A stretch of 64,000 nucleotides of DNA from Epiperipatus broadwayi (GCA_028023455.1 JAQFVV010000001.1:27528001-27592000), one strand, 5' to 3'; positions 39,578 to 54,805 are shown, numbered from the stretch's first letter. Notes: generated by a model not told the origin, from the sequence alone. Program-made: numbers and translations.

Positions 39578-42500
39578 GTGTGTATACATTGCTATAGCCA
39601 AACACATATGCTTAACCTTAGTGGGATCTTATAACTCTATAAATCATGATATTTATACCTTAATAACTAATTTAAAATTTAACTAAATCAGTTAAATAAG
39701 TAACTAGCAACTATCAGAGGTGTTTGATTTTAAGATTATATTTAATAATGAACATAAATAGAAATAAGACATTTGTACATTTGAATTATATTAAATAATG
39801 ATTAACCTCATATTACAATAAGTTATATAGTGGTTATTCGCACGTTAAAATAGGCATTTAGAGGTAAGTTGATATTATTAGTACTTTTGATGTGGCGTTA
39901 TGATATTTCAATACTGGATCTAGTGCAATTATATAGTGTACAATATGATGATTTGCCCGAATTACAGAAAATAAACACAACCTTGACTAATCCAGAAGTT
40001 ACATAATTGTTGGTTAACTGAGCAACCAAGTTATCACAAGTTATTATAAATGGGAATTTGATTTATTTACTTTATTTACTTGATTAACGTATGTGGGAGT
40101 ATTTCTAACATTATTATATATAGAGTCATTAAGCGACACATTAATAGAAAATTATTTAATTTGCAAAATACATTTAGGTAGACCATAACATCAGATATGT
40201 AGATATGTTTAGGTTTAAGCTTTTAAAAAGGAGGAATATAACATAACGAAGTGTTGTGGTGTTAGCATGATAGCCGACTAAGATTTGTGGATCCATTTTT
40301 TGGGAGTGCTTTATCACTTGGAAATAAAAGAATATGCCAACTTGTCACACCCACATTTCATGGAATTGGTTTCCTTGAGTTAAGGGTCTTATACAGAGTT
40401 GCAATGGGCCAAACTTTGCTGGAATACCTATGCATTGCTCTCATTACTTGAGTAGATGTACCAGGGTTATTCATTGCCCTGATTATGACCTAAAATGAAG
40501 ATGTGATGACTCGGGCATTCTGACGCAGTCTCAAGTTAAAGCTTAATATAAGGAGTAATAGTCTATGCTAACAACGTGTTGGATGGACTAATAACTAGTC
40601 AAAATATATATAGAATTGAGCTTATAACCTATAGTAATAACATCAAAGATAATGGTATGATCGCATTGACTAAAAGTAATTAAAAAGGCATTATTAGAAA
40701 ATATACCTTAAGTTTTAACATAATCTAAAGTTCTAATCCCCTTCCCCCTTCATTACATTTTCTTCAATGAAACTCCACATACATTAACATAATAAAAAAT
40801 AAGTCTAAGGTGTGCTTTATGAATAGTAAATGGATGAGGATAAAGAAATATAAAAAATAATATATATAATTAACATATTTGTTTTTAATGAATATTGTGC
40901 TAGTAATAAGATTGGCATTTGCGTAATTCGTAAACTAGTCAAAGGTGGAACTTTTATTCTCCCCCCCCCCTTCCTGTTGTTTATACAAAAAGTATATTGT
41001 TAAAAAAAAACATTTGAAAATCTTCTCCCAACCTAGCACTCGTTTATAGTTTTAAAAGTAAAAAAAAAAACTAATTAATTAATCACTTGGTGCTCCCCTC
41101 TAATGGCGAGGAGCTAAGCTAAAAATAACTATGCTGGTGATGGAGGGAGTCTATTGAAATATCATTTAACATTTAAAATATACAAACTAGATAAAATATT
41201 AGGAAAATAATTGCCACATCAAATTAAAAGTGAATTAAATTTTGAGGCTAATGAAAATGGTTATAGAATAAAAATAGAGAATCACTTATATTAGAAGATT
41301 ACATATTTGAGATTTATAAAAGTGATTATAGAACGGGTTACAGAGTTTACAAGTTATTACTATTAAATTTTTAAACATTTAAGAATTAATTAGAAGAAAG
41401 TTAAAAAGTTCATAAATGGTGGCATTTCATCAGCATTACCTCTTGGAAGCAGTTAGCAGATCTCTATGTTAATTCTTACAGCATAGCCATCAGATTCATG
41501 GATGTTTAACGGTATAGCAGCAGGCTGGCAGGAGTTGGTTAGATATGCCTGGGAGAAGGTGAATCTTTCCCTTTCTACTCACTAGTTGTCATGTTGAAAT
41601 TTTGAGTGATGTGGATTCGTTTGGCCAATGTTTTACGAATTTAAGTACTCTTCTTCGATGACTGAAATCGGGCCCTATTTATACGATTCTTGTTTATCTC
41701 AAGAATGCTTCTAAGCTCCAATACCTAAGGCTATAAAATACTGCTACAGATTAACTTTTGATAAGAAATCTTCCTTTTGCTATTAAGGTAGTACAAAATA
41801 ATGCAATTGGGTTCGTATATTTCTGAAATGATTGTTCTTAATCTATTTCTTGCTCAGAAATAGATTTTACTAACAATAAATTTCCTTAAGGAAATTGATT
41901 TGATTTTTCATAGAAATAATTATTTTAAATATATTAATGGATTTTGGTTTGGATTGCTTTTAAAAAGCTACCAAGCCGATTGCATCATTTTGGCCGCCAT
42001 TACAGAAATATGTATTTTAATATAGCATAATTTTAAATATATGTTTCAATATAAAATATACAAACACAAATCTTAATTTATGCATAATCTCCAATCACCT
42101 TTAATAAATACATGTGATTTACGCCTATTACGACCTAATAAAATTTATAAAATATTATCATTTATTTATTTTAGTTAAGAGATTATTAAATCTCTCATTA
42201 ACGGTTATTTTAAAAGAAAATTTAAGAGAAAATAAAGTATATAGGTTCATATGATTGGGATTTGAATTCGGTTTGGTGGTGAGGGATTGGATAGGACTGT
42301 GAAGCATAATCTGGATCTCAGATTAACCTCTTCAGTATATACTGATATCTTATAGGTAGGTATATGCAAATCATTTCTATTAGCTGAAGCTACTGAGTGA
42401 ATTTTAAGAAAATCTTGCAAGCTATAAAAGAATCTTTATCCATTGAAACTGCTTTTAGAAATCAAAAAAATTATTTAAAGTTGTCATATAAATTATTTAA

Positions 42501-43539
42501 TATTTTAGTTAGAAAATCAGTATTAAATTTGTGACATTCAAGAAAGGAATATTACTATAAATTTGTACATAGTAAGATAATTGAAAAAAGAAACTAGTAA
42601 TGTTAAATAAATTTTTGTGGATGTTATAAATTAGATTTTAATATTGTTAATTCATTATCATATTTTAATAAGACATGATCTATTTAAGGCTAACCATTAA
42701 GTATTTAAAGTATTCATAAATTAGCATTTATAATTGTCAAGTTATTTTAAGCTTTTCTCTTATATGAGATGTTAATTTGTCATAATTATATTTTTTTGAT
42801 CTGTTACTTTGTACATTCATTTGTTGCTGGAACATAATAAGTAAATTTTGCAAATATCTATATTTAAATTTATTTTGTTTCTAGTACTCTTCAAACCTCA
42901 GTGGAATATGTTTTTAACTATAAACTAAGGAATTAAGTTAATTAATTTTAATGTAATTTGAAATTTATCTTGTAAATCGCAAGCTCATATATTTATGTTA
43001 TCAAATACATTTATTGAGATTTGGGTGGAGGTAAACATAATGTTTTTTATGAGAAAAAAATAGTCAAGAAAATCTTTCTCTTTTTTTTTTTTAATAATCT
43101 GACTCTTGCTGCAAATAATTTTTATACACATAGATATATAAGAAATATTTTTAAGAATAAGGAAGTATCTCTTCTATTTTTATTTTAGAAAAATCACTGT
43201 CAGATAATATAGACAGTGATCAATGAAAATAGTAAACTGTTTTTGCATCCAAAAAGGATAACTTCTTTTAAATGCAATTTCTTGTTATTTATAAAGTGCT
43301 ACAGTAAACACATACATGTTTAAGAAAACAAAGTGTCACAACTTTCCCTGTTTTCAATTATTATAAGATTCTTCCACCAAGAGTTGAATATTACAAATTA
43401 ATAATTTTTAACAGATGTTATAATTGAAATATTTTTAAGAACGCAGACATATCTGTTCTATTTCTATTTTAGAAAAATTTATGACCAATGCAAAAATATA
43501 TACATGTAAATAAATAACCCAGGTTTTATGCATTTGAAC

Positions 43540-44032
43540 AGGAAGTAACTGAAGTTTCCAGTGAATTATATATGTAAGTAAACTTTTTAAAAGACAGATG
43601 ATACCATCTCCACTTTTAGCATTTGTTGTTATATATGCTTAGTTTATTTATGTAATTTTAAATAAAGGAGTGAATTCGATCTATTGATTGTATATATTTA
43701 TAGAATAAATGATAAGAGCCACTATTTTTAATATTCAGAGGAATCTGAGTTATTTATTATTTACAGATATTAAACTGAGTTTTCATTTTATTTTCAGATG
43801 TTGTTTAAACTAAAGGTCTGCTTTGATTCTCTGAGTATTAAAAGGCTGATTCTTATCATTTATTCTATAAATATATATAATCAATAGATCAAATTCACTT
43901 CTTTATTTAAAATTTTGTAAATAAAGTAAGCGTATGTAAAGACAAATGCTAAAAGGATAGATAGTATCATCTACCTTTTAAAGAGTTTATTTACATATAT
44001 AACTTATTGGAAGTTTGTTACTTCTTGTTCAC
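43540..44032. mobile_element. Fold-back MITE-like element (~490 bp, ~200-bp imperfect TIRs)
   Basis: 43540-43750 is the reverse complement of ~43825-44032 (gaacaggaagtaac..tagaataaatgataaga / tcttatcatttattcta..gttacttcttgttc). Confidence 0.8.
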
Positions 44033-44439
44033 TTATATATATATATGAGAGAGTGAGTGAAAGAGTATCTGCATTTGTTAAATATAATAACATAACTTAG
44101 TGTTAATAGCATCAAATATAACTCAATATAAAGTTCAATATATATTTATTGTGTATAGTTTTGAAATAGAATATTGCTATCAAATATAAGTTGAGTATGG
44201 AAATTTTATCATGAAAATAGATGCAAAAAAAAAATCAAAACAGATATAAAATAAAAAGCTTGAGTATGGTTGTTGGGATATAAAATCATAGAGAAGGTTA
44301 TAGTTTTTATATTATATTTTGTACATTGGTTAATAATAATGAAAGAAAATGTCTAATGATTTTAAAAGTTACTCTTTAAACCTTTAAAGTTGAATTTAAA
44401 TGAAAGAGGCTTATTAAGTATTTTATTTATATTTGATTA

Positions 44440-45000
44440 TTGAATTGTGCAGAAAACTGGATGAGTAGGAAAATAGAAGAAAATGGATTGTAGATTTTAG
44501 AGATGAAATGTGAGAAAAAGCAAAAGAGAAATATAATTTATTTGGATATAATTTAGGAGTATAAAAGTATGAAAAGAGTTGAGAAAAAGTTTATCATTGA
44601 GAAATTAAATTGAAAATGAGATATTTTAAAATAATGTAATGTGAATCTTTTTTATTATTATAAGGAATTAATTTAATTCAGCTCAGTTGTTGTTGAGGAT
44701 ATTTATAACACTAATGTGGATTTATTGGCTTTTATTGACGATCAGTTTGGATTTAGAACAAATAGGTCAAACAAAAAGAGTTGATGTTGAAAATTATTGT
44801 TGAGACATTTGGAAAGATTAAAAAAGAAATTAATAAATGAATTTTAGTGAATAAATTGGAAGGCTTTATAAGAGTGAATGAAAAAGATATAAGAAGTTGA
44901 TAAATGATTTAAAAGGAAAGGTATTTAAAGGGTTGATTAATGAGCAGAAAAATTTGAGGAAAATGGTCTTAATGATGTTGGGGGATTTATCTAATAATGG
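44440..45000 (+). mobile_element. Highly degenerate CR1/Jockey-type LINE RT fragment
   Basis: DDQFGFRTNRS at ~44735-44770 (QFGFR motif) within a purine-rich decayed coding-like tract. Confidence 0.5.
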
Positions 45001-46372
45001 ATAACTAACTGATGACAGTGATGATTAAACAACTTATTTGATTATTATCCTACTATCTATTTATGCATTCACGTGTGGTATGGAACTTGATAAATGAAAA
45101 TCAGTTAAAGAGGAAGCTAAATAAGTGATAAATATCGACAATTGTTTCTCTAGCACACTTGGATACTTTTTATAGTATCATCTGTCTTTATATGTTATAT
45201 AACAAAATATATTTGATATATTAACATACATTTGTTTGTAATTAATTGATGGCTTTTTTTTTACATATATTTTAATTTAATGCTCATTTATAGACACAAT
45301 GTATCTCTAACAGTCATTTTATAAAGTGAATCCTTTAACTAAAAATAATGTGAACTATATAAAGGAATCCTTATATTTGTATAATAATTACTTTGGTATA
45401 TAACTTGTAATGTTACTTAAATGTTTTCAGTTTAATACTAATACTGATTTAACTATTCCCTTTGTTTTTAAATATATGTGATTTATATTATATTTTATTT
45501 TTATATTTCATTAAATTTTTTCAAAATTGGAATATAATTGTTTAGGAATATTGTAATTTTAGAAGCATTTATTTCAAAGGAGAAATTATCTGTAAAATTA
45601 TTTTAATTAAAACCTATTATATATAATTTGATAAATAAATAAACATGCTTTTGCAATGATTTATTATAGCCAAGCAACTGCTCATACATTTCATCATTGT
45701 TTGTAAGTGATATTTGTCTAAAATCTTGACTTTATAAATGATTCAGAGGCCTGTCATCTTTAATTCAAACTGTTAAGAATGAAATGTTTATGAGTGTTAG
45801 GCTCAGCTTCCTGATCTTTCAAATGCTAACCACTATCTGCCAAATAGACAATTTTATATTAATTTTTTCGTTTCAATTTTATTAGTTTTTTTTCCCCTAA
45901 ATTTTTTTTAATGATAATTGTGTCACCATTAAAACGCTAATTATTTGATAATTATAAATATTAATACTTTTATATACATCTCTTCTTCATGTATGTTGAC
46001 AAGTTTATTAAATTTTATGAATAAGCAACTTAAAAAAATAACAGGTGTAATAAATATGTATTGAGAAGTTTATTGAAAAGCTTATTGGAAAAATGGCATA
46101 GGTAAAAATAAATCTAATAAAAGAATTGAATATAAAATTGAAAGTTAGAATATACATAATTAAAATGTAATGAGCATATCAAAAGATTTGCAGGAGGAAA
46201 AATACCAAATATAATTATATACATCATTTTATACACAAAAAAAGAAGATAACTCAAGCAGTGTGAGAATGGAATAAAAGAAAATATTTGAAGTAATATTA
46301 GACTATATAAAAAAGAAATTGGTAAAATATTGATTTCTTAATGGAAGCATAATATATTGTAACCAATAAAAA

Positions 46373-47085
46373 TTATATTTTATTATTAGGATGAAAAGGT
46401 TTGTTGACAGAAAACCGAAACTCTGTATTATCCAGAATAAGATCCACCCTTCCTGTGTTAAATTTATTAAGAACATTACAATCTTGAAATATGTATTTTC
46501 TGTTAGTCAAAATATAAATCAATTCTGCTGTACCTTCATTTGGATGCTTCCATGTCCATTTCCTTTTAACATTTTTTTCAAAAAAAGAATTCATAATATA
46601 AAGTTTTTCTTTTTCTGCAAACTCCACAAGTCTATGTCCTTTCTCATTGCTATTACCATAAGCAAAATTACCTACAGCACTTTCATTTTTCATTTGTTTA
46701 CCCATTCTAGCATTAAAGTCTCCCATAACAATTTTAAAATGTTTACTCTGATCAAAAGCCTTTTGTGAATCCATATAAAAATCTTCTACTACTTCATCAC
46801 TATCAGAACTTGTTGGGACATAAACTTGAATTATCTCCATTTGGCATATGCTATGAAGTTGTATAACTAATCTTACCACTCTGTTCGATACACTATCAAT
46901 CTTCACAATGTTGTTCTTCCACTTTTTATTTATAATGAATCCTACTCCACTTGTATTTCCAATATTTGTGCCTTTATAATAGAGTACATGTCCACTTTTT
47001 AAATCAATTGTCTCTTCACCTTTTCTTCTAACGTCACAAAGTCTAATAATGTTCCATTTAATATAAGACAGTTCTTCTTCTATTC
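46373..47085 (-). mobile_element. RTE-clade LINE 5' fragment (AP endonuclease)
   Basis: ORF with IIQVYVPTS, IVMGDFNARMG, LYIMNSFF, WTWKHPN; upstream WNIIRLCDVRRKGE..GVGFII. Confidence 0.9.
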
Positions 47086-47698
47086 AGGAGGTAAACGAAT
47101 GTATATAAAATTCATGCGTGGCAGATAAAAATTGGATCTTTGTGTAAATGCACATATATATACTCTATTACTTGTGTATAAGATATAAATGTGTAAATGC
47201 ACACATCTATACTCTAATCTTTAATTTTACATGCATATGTGATACAAATAAATGGCAATCTTCTTAAAAACTTGAGTAAAATAAAATCAGTCTACTAAAT
47301 TATGTATATGTAAATGTGTATATTGGTGTCAGCCTACATGACATGGTAGCTTCAGAGAGATATATTTTATAAAAACTCAAACTTGACTATTTAAAATTAT
47401 CTTTGTTATTTAGAACTCTTGAGAAATATTCATGAAAATAAAAGTGACTTTGATTTATTTTTTATTTTAACAGTAACTGAACTCTCTATAATTTTATATT
47501 CATTACTATCAAATAAAATATATACAGTTATCATGCTTAAATATTCAGGAACATTCCATGATGTATATGCAAATACTCTTAAAACTAAATTAAATATTAT
47601 AAACATAAATATTACAACTAAATTAACAATGAAAGGTGAATAAAATAGATATACAAAATTGCATAAATTAAATGATAAATTAACTGATATATATATAT

Positions 47699-49748
47699 TA
47701 TAACGATCGAAATGAAAGTGAAGATCGAATCTAACCGCAAACTACTATATCCGCTCTACGGGGCGCCATCTAGGCATTTAAACCTAGAAAAATTTATAGA
47801 GTAGGCAGATACGCGCTGTTAAGATTCCACTTTATTTAAATATTCAGATCGTTAGCCCAAGTCACTAGCTCAGTGGAGACGCAGAGATAAAAAATCTATA
47901 TCTTAAATATAATTAAATAAAAGCCACTGTCAGAAATTAACACATAAAAATATTTATTTACGCACATATAAAATCATTCTAATTTGAGGAATAAGTTTAA
48001 CATTTTAGATTTTTATATTAACTTTTAATTTTACATTTAACTAAGTTTCAATGAGTTTAATATTTTATTTAGATAGTCGAGTATGAATAGACTACATAGA
48101 TCTGCATTTGAAAAGAAAATATTCTTCCCTGATTTAACCTTAGGCAACAAATTTCGCAATCAAACCGGCGCCAATCCATCTGATACATTTATGTATTCAA
48201 TGTAGCATGAAAATATGACAACACAAAATACTATACTGTCAGGAATGTACATCTGATCAGTAAGTAGAATTAGAGAAGACATTGTCTCTCCACCAACAGG
48301 AATGTTACATCTGTTGGCAAGTAGAACAATAAACATAAAACTCCATAGGAATGGACTGCGGTCCTTTGCCGTCTTACAAACCCATCCATAGGCAAACAGA
48401 AGGTGTGTGGCATATATATATAATCCTTCCCGTAGCGGATCTCATACTACATCTACAATTACACAAATATATCCAATCCATTGAACCAATTCAACTATGA
48501 AATGAATAACCTAAGATTACCCTCTCTTAATTTAACTTTACAAAACTATATAGCCATTCACGCCCGACTTAAATTTAACATTTAAATATGTTCGCACAGA
48601 TTATTTTTATACAATTTGTTTTATAATGTCGAGTATAGATCGGCTGCACAGATTCCACGGTCAAAAACATTCCAAGTTAAACATAACCGATCAAAATACA
48701 AAGTCAATTGATAACGTCAATTGCTGAGGGAATACAGGAGACCATTTGGTGTTCATCATAAGATACTGCAGTGACATTGTTGACTTATATGTTCTAATCG
48801 CCTGTGAAAACCACAACATAATCAACCGCTAACGAATCTATGCAACGTCTATACCCAACTTAAATGTAATGCATTTAATAATTTCTACAATAAATATTAT
48901 TACAAATAAAAATAATAAAATGGAAATGATTTTAGCAAAACTTAACTATATAAATTTAAACAATCAATTATTAATTTGAAAATCAAATAAGAGTTCATTT
49001 TAAAATTTAAATTAGCTGAATCTTTAAAAAAAAACAATGATGAAAGTTCTTAATTACTTTTTTTTGTTGTTGTTAATTTGTAAAGTTCATAGCTCACGGT
49101 AGAAGAGTCCAGGTTTCTGCTTTTAATTCCCACAACGCCTCCATTGGAAGATAATGTTCTGGAGATGGCAATAGCTGGTTCAAGGTATCACAGTCTTTTC
49201 ATTTTTCTTTTTTAAATAGAGAGTGTGGTATGTGCGTCCTACCACATCTCTCAAACACACAACGCTGGAACTCCAGAAAAAACTATTTCCCTTTTTATAT
49301 TATCCACACGGATTCAATCCACAAAACGTCACTAATCCATCACTTTCGTTAGGGTCCGAGCCAAGGCTTAGTGCTTCCATTGGTCAAGCTAATTTCTCTT
49401 TATTTTCTTATCTATCTTTCACCAGATCATTTTGATTATACAAGAGCCCCAGGCTAGCTTGCTTTTCAAACAATTTATAAACAATCATTTCTATTTACAG
49501 ATTACAAGAATTAATTATTACCTGTTTTTATTTTTAAATCTTGTACTTTTTTTTTTTTATAAAAAAGTACGTTCAAATACTTATTTATTTGTTTTTTTAA
49601 AAAAAATATTTTTAAAGTTTGGCATCTGTGCGAATGTATATACGTTTAACAAACATTTTAATTTTAGCGTTTAGTTTTTTACTTTTATTTGCGAACTTTT
49701 AAGTTTTTATTTTAAATTAATGTAACGACATATTTATATATCGTTACA
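47699..49748 (-). mobile_element. Solo-LTR-like element, family copy 2 (2050 bp, more diverged)
   Basis: Ends TATAACG..CGTTACA on +; ATAT TSD within a (TA)n tract; homologous to copies 1 and 3. Confidence 0.75.
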
Positions 49749-50559
49749 ATATATATATATATAGGTATTACTGATATGTGGTAACTAGAATCTCCCTAAG
49801 TTTATTAAATCATTATTGTTCATAAACTAAGTAAAATTTTTACCTTAAATTCATAAACAGCTGAGAAGAGATTGTTTCTGTATGAAACTAGGATTAAATT
49901 TAAGCACTATGTTTTAACTTTGGTTATGATGAGGAAGAGCTCTTTTGTAGTTCACTAATTTTATTAATGGAATATATTGTTGATGCTTTTCCAAATATTT
50001 AGTCACAATTTGAGTTATCACTTTTCAGGGTAGAGTTTATATTAAATTTGGTTAACTTTCTCTATTGAGAAGTGTAATTGTTGTAGCTGTGATGTTATAT
50101 ACATGTTCTTGGTTGGCATGATGTTGGAGTTAGTTCAACGAATAGAGCAGGACATCCTGGTTGTAAGATCCATGCTCAGGAATAAATTCTTTAGTGGCTT
50201 TAGCCAGACATAATTGCTTCAAATGGTTGGAGACATTTTTTGAAACTCATAGTAACAACAAGGACAATCTTAGAAAATGGCAAACAGAGACATCAAATGG
50301 CAAAATTTATTTCTTTGGCTGGTTATTTATACATTTTCAAAAACAATTTTTTTATCAGGATAAGCCAGTAATTTTTAATTAAACCCATATTTATACAATA
50401 TTCTTTAAATTAAAAAACAAAACAAAAACATATTAAATGCCATTACAGCTAGTTTATCTTAATCTCTAAAAATATTTTTTATTTTATTTTTTTCAAAAAA
50501 GAATACAATGATAAATCAATCTTTGGACTCGAGTCTTCTGTCAATTAGATTTGACAAAT

Positions 50560-51040
50560 GGCCTGAGGCTGGTAACTGAAGATCTTGGGTTGCAAATTCT
50601 TACTCGACTAAGTTTACGCTAACCCAGGATTCAATGTGTAGCCAGTCTGGTGCAAGAAGCCGGTCTCTATCACGAGTGCTTCTTAATAGTTTTAAGAAGG
50701 TATTGCTGACATTGTTATCTGCCTGTCCAAAGATATACTTACACCTGGTGAGGAAAATGGATGTTCTGATGGTCGAAATTATGCCTGTCTTGATGGCGTT
50801 TTGAATGCAAAGCGTGTTTCTATAGTCTATTGAAACTTTTTGGTGGATGAAAGTTCTGAGTGGGCTAAGGAATGGGCAGTCATGAAGGAGATGGGTAATG
50901 GTTTCTTAAAATATTTGCAAAACACCTGACAAATCTTAATCTTGAAATCAGATTTGTCTAATTTATGACAAGGATTCTCTTCTAGTAATTGTTTAACAGT
51001 AGAAAATAAATTAGCTATTGAAAATTTTAATTGCAAGATT
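50560..51040 (-). mobile_element. L1/Tx1-like LINE 3' fragment (C-terminal CCHC finger)
   Basis: CQVFCKYF-(frameshift)-ETITHLLHDCP, followed by an open frame of roughly 110 codons to a stop at ~50608. Confidence 0.8.
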
Positions 51041-51669
51041 TTTTATATGGATATACATTGTATGTAAAAAACATAATAAGTTATTAGTTGATTTACATTT
51101 TTATGATTATTCATTTGATATAATAATTTTATCTGAGATCTGAGTTAATGAATAGGAAAAAAGATTTTATGATTTAGAAAGATATCAATTATTGATTCTA
51201 GAATAAATAACAGATCAGGTGGAGTTTTATCTAATTATAAATCAGAACTTTATGGATCTTTTGTTGTTGCACATCTTAAATCTTCTGATTATATTGTGTT
51301 AAACTTTATTTTAGGTTACAGCTAATTAACAAATTTTGCTTTTTATAGATCCTGCCAATATTCAGTTCATATTTATGATGATGAACTTCATAATTTACAT
51401 GCTAGATTAAGTGACAAATTTATTATTCTTATTAGTGATTTAAATTTAGATTTTCTGGAGAAATTACTTTTTCTGCACTACACAATTTAAATATGTTTTT
51501 ATATTTTGAATTTATTTATTTCATTCTACATATGTTACATCCTTATCATTTTCCCTTTTTGATCATATCTTTGCTAGATGCTCTGAAAATATTTTTTTTG
51601 AAAACTTTGGATCATATGGGAATTTTATTTAATTTTAATAAGAACTTTTCTCTTAAGAAAAATTGTTTT

Positions 51670-53520
51670 AGAGCAGGAATTGGCGAGCTTTTCAATTGAT
51701 TGGGCCAATTTCAACTTTCCCTTAAGGATCATAATTTTTTTGTGAATTAAAAATAATCTTATTATTTATTTTTTTACTATTACTTGTTATAACATAAACA
51801 TAAATTTATAAAATATAAATCATTATCTGTAATAAAAACCAAAAAAAATATTATTGTGATAAAAAATTTAATGGAAAATTTGCCACTGCTTAATTTTTGG
51901 TAAAGAATTTACAACCAGTTCGATTTTAGTAGTAGCAATGCACAGCTTTTGCTCCAAATTTTTATTGATTATATAAGATCTTTGCTTTGATTTTATGAAC
52001 ATCACTTTTGAAGAAAAAAAATGTTCACACTTATATCAACTTCTGAGTAATGAATGATATTATTTTCTTTGTATTGTTAAACAAGTTTGGAAATTTTTGA
52101 CAATACAAATTTTTAAAAAACTCAATATTAAATAATTCCATAAATTTCATTTTTAAATTTGTTTTCTTTTGTATAATCTCAATCTGGTATTGTTCAAGAA
52201 TATTATTTATGTTAGATATCATGAAAGGATCTGAAAATATTTCAAAATAAGTTTTTTTTTTGTTTTGAAAATTAGATAAGATTTCTTGGAATTCATATGC
52301 AATTTTGTCAAAATATCAGTGTATTTTTGTTATGATAAGTATTATTAAAAGTAATAGTAAATGTTGGAAAATTGATGAAATTATTTGTTATTTAACTGGT
52401 TTTGAAAAAGTTTAATTTTTTTTTTTTGAAAGGCACAAATTTGATTATTGATTTTTATTTATTTATAATTTTATATTTATGTCATTCAAATGAGTAAGAG
52501 AAATGACAAATCACAAAATGATTCTTTATTAGTCAGTCCTGGTACAGATTTTCCTTTAATTTCCACGAAGAATTTCATGTTGTATTTTAATTCATAAACC
52601 TTTATAACATAGCTCCTTTCCAAAGTCATTGAACTTCAAAATAATATGCTAAATCCCCATAATCAGCTTCAAGATCTAAAAATTTTATGAATTCTCGGTG
52701 GTCAAGTAATGATTTGAATTTAATTTCATTTATGGATTAACCACAAAAGTTCTCCATATTAATAATTTTATAACATAAATTTTGTTGATGAATTATGCAA
52801 TGGAAAATAATTTTTTTCTTGAAATAACATTTATTTGTACCATTATTGAAATGTGTTAAAACACTTTTTTTTTTTTCCGATCATTGACTTAATTCCATTA
52901 GTGGATAATCCAGACAAATTATGGACCCAAGCTGAAATTTTAACATTTTCTTTTTTAATTTATTAATGATGTGTCCATACTGTTATCTCAGTTATATCAT
53001 TTCTTTATTAATATTAATGTTTTGATCAATTCCTTTAATAAAAATTGAGAATTGAATAGTATCTATTAGAATTTTAACTTTCAACAAATGTTAGCAAATT
53101 TCAATCAAAGTATTTTTTTGACCCTATGACCATTCTATATTTACTGACAATTCTTAATTTTGCCTTGTAACTGTTTTTTGTGTCATGCTTATATTCTCAA
53201 ATTTCCTTTTTATATTCAGGGCAGATTAATTCTAAACTATTCAGAAAGTGGTTTTCAATTTTTTTTTGAAACAACATAACTTGCTTTCACAGAATTTTCT
53301 GACTTGTTTGTATTTTTTATAATATATGTCTGCAGAGTTATTTTCAAATTTTTGATTTTAATATTTTTCCCCAACTGTTTTGTTGTAATAAGAATTTTTG
53401 GTGAGTAGTGCCTTTTAATATTATCTTTCTTATTAACTGAAATGCTTTCAAGATATACCAGGCATATCGGGTTATTATTTCTTTCTATAAAAAATATACA
53501 TTAGTCCATTTCTCTTGAAA
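51670..53520 (-). mobile_element. Degenerate hAT (Charlie/SPIN-like) transposase remnant
   Basis: Minus strand: TNGIKSMIG (cf. TDGAPAM), HCIIHQQNL, LDHREFIKFLDLEADYGDLAYYFEVQ*LWKG (cf. YHTEVRWLSRG). hAT-like end CAGGAATTGGC..GGGCCA at ~51672. Confidence 0.85.
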
Positions 53521-53841
53521 TGTGTAATTTTCTGGAGCAGTTTTTTATATCTTACTCAGTGTTAAAAAATAATTAAATGCAAAATAATAATAAAAAATGA
53601 ATTAAAATGTTTGTTAGTATAAGACATTCATCTGCAAAAATCACTTTAAAAACAAGCAATGTGCCCTAACATCATAGATTAAATCCATAGCCGAACAGTC
53701 AATACAATAAACATAGTTAGTTGTAATATTGCACCTCTGATAGAATGAACTAGAACTATTGTAAAGATTGGAAGAGGAAAATATGAGGTTGAGAAAATAA
53801 ATATTTGCTTTTACTTAACTTTTAATTCAATGTTTACACTA

Positions 53842-54805
53842 CCGTGTTTCCCCAAAAGTTAGACCTAACCTGAAAGTAAGGCCTAGCATGATTTTTCAGG
53901 ATGCTTATATAATATAAGCCCTATTTCAAATATAAGTTCTAGTTAAGATCATCAGTCCCTTGAAACACACAATGGATATATTGAATTATAAAGCCATGAA
54001 TGTATAAATAATATTATTAACATTAGTGCTTTAAATAAATGGTAATATGAATATTATAGTTCTTTTGTATTTTTCCGTCAATCATTTTTGACAAATGTAA
54101 TTCTACTTCTACAGAGAAACTATTTATCAGAAGTTAGTATATTGGACAATTTATAATTTTATTTATATATTTTTAGGTACTTATTTATATTTAATTCATA
54201 GATTTAGAATGCTTGATTTAGTTTTAGAGTTTCATTATGGTAGCTTTGAAATATTCAAGATAAAAGAAAAATTAGTTTCTTAAAGATTTTTTTTTCTCCT
54301 AAAAGTTTATAAATAATGGCACTGATTTTAATAATCAATGTTTAGCTTAAGTTAAATCAATAATCTTTCTGTTAAAGAAAAGTTTTAAAAAGGAATACAA
54401 AAACATTTTTTGAATTTTTGTCCTTGCATTTTTTTTTTTTTTGTTGCTTTTGTGGAGACAAACTATTTTTAACTGTAATCATCATTTTCATTACCATTCC
54501 TGTCTTGGCAGGTTTCCAATTAATAAATTTAAATGGAATTATATTATAATTGCCAGATAAGATGAATGCAAAAAGAAAGAGCTACTCAGGCTATTACAAG
54601 GAAAAAAAAAAGGGGGGGATCCTAGGGGTAAGAATTTTATAGCTTTCTGTAAAGAGAAATACTTCAATAAATGGACATTTTTGTACTTGGAATAAATATA
54701 GATTTTTGTAAATCAAAAATAAGACATCACCTAAAAAATAAGCCCTATAGTAAATTTTAGAACAAAAATTAATAGAAGACTGATCATATTTTGGGGGAAA
54801 CATGG
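53842..54805. mobile_element. Non-autonomous Tc1/mariner-superfamily (Tc2/pogo-like) element
   Basis: TA|CCGTGTTTCCCCAAAA..TTTTGGGGGAAACATGG|TA: TIRs plus TA TSD; subterminal taagac/taagccct repeats at both ends. Confidence 0.85.

Noticed and set aside
45780-45845. tRNA-like A-box (minus strand ggcagatagtggttagc)
   Set aside because: No B box or cloverleaf; at most a decayed SINE head, not a tRNA gene.
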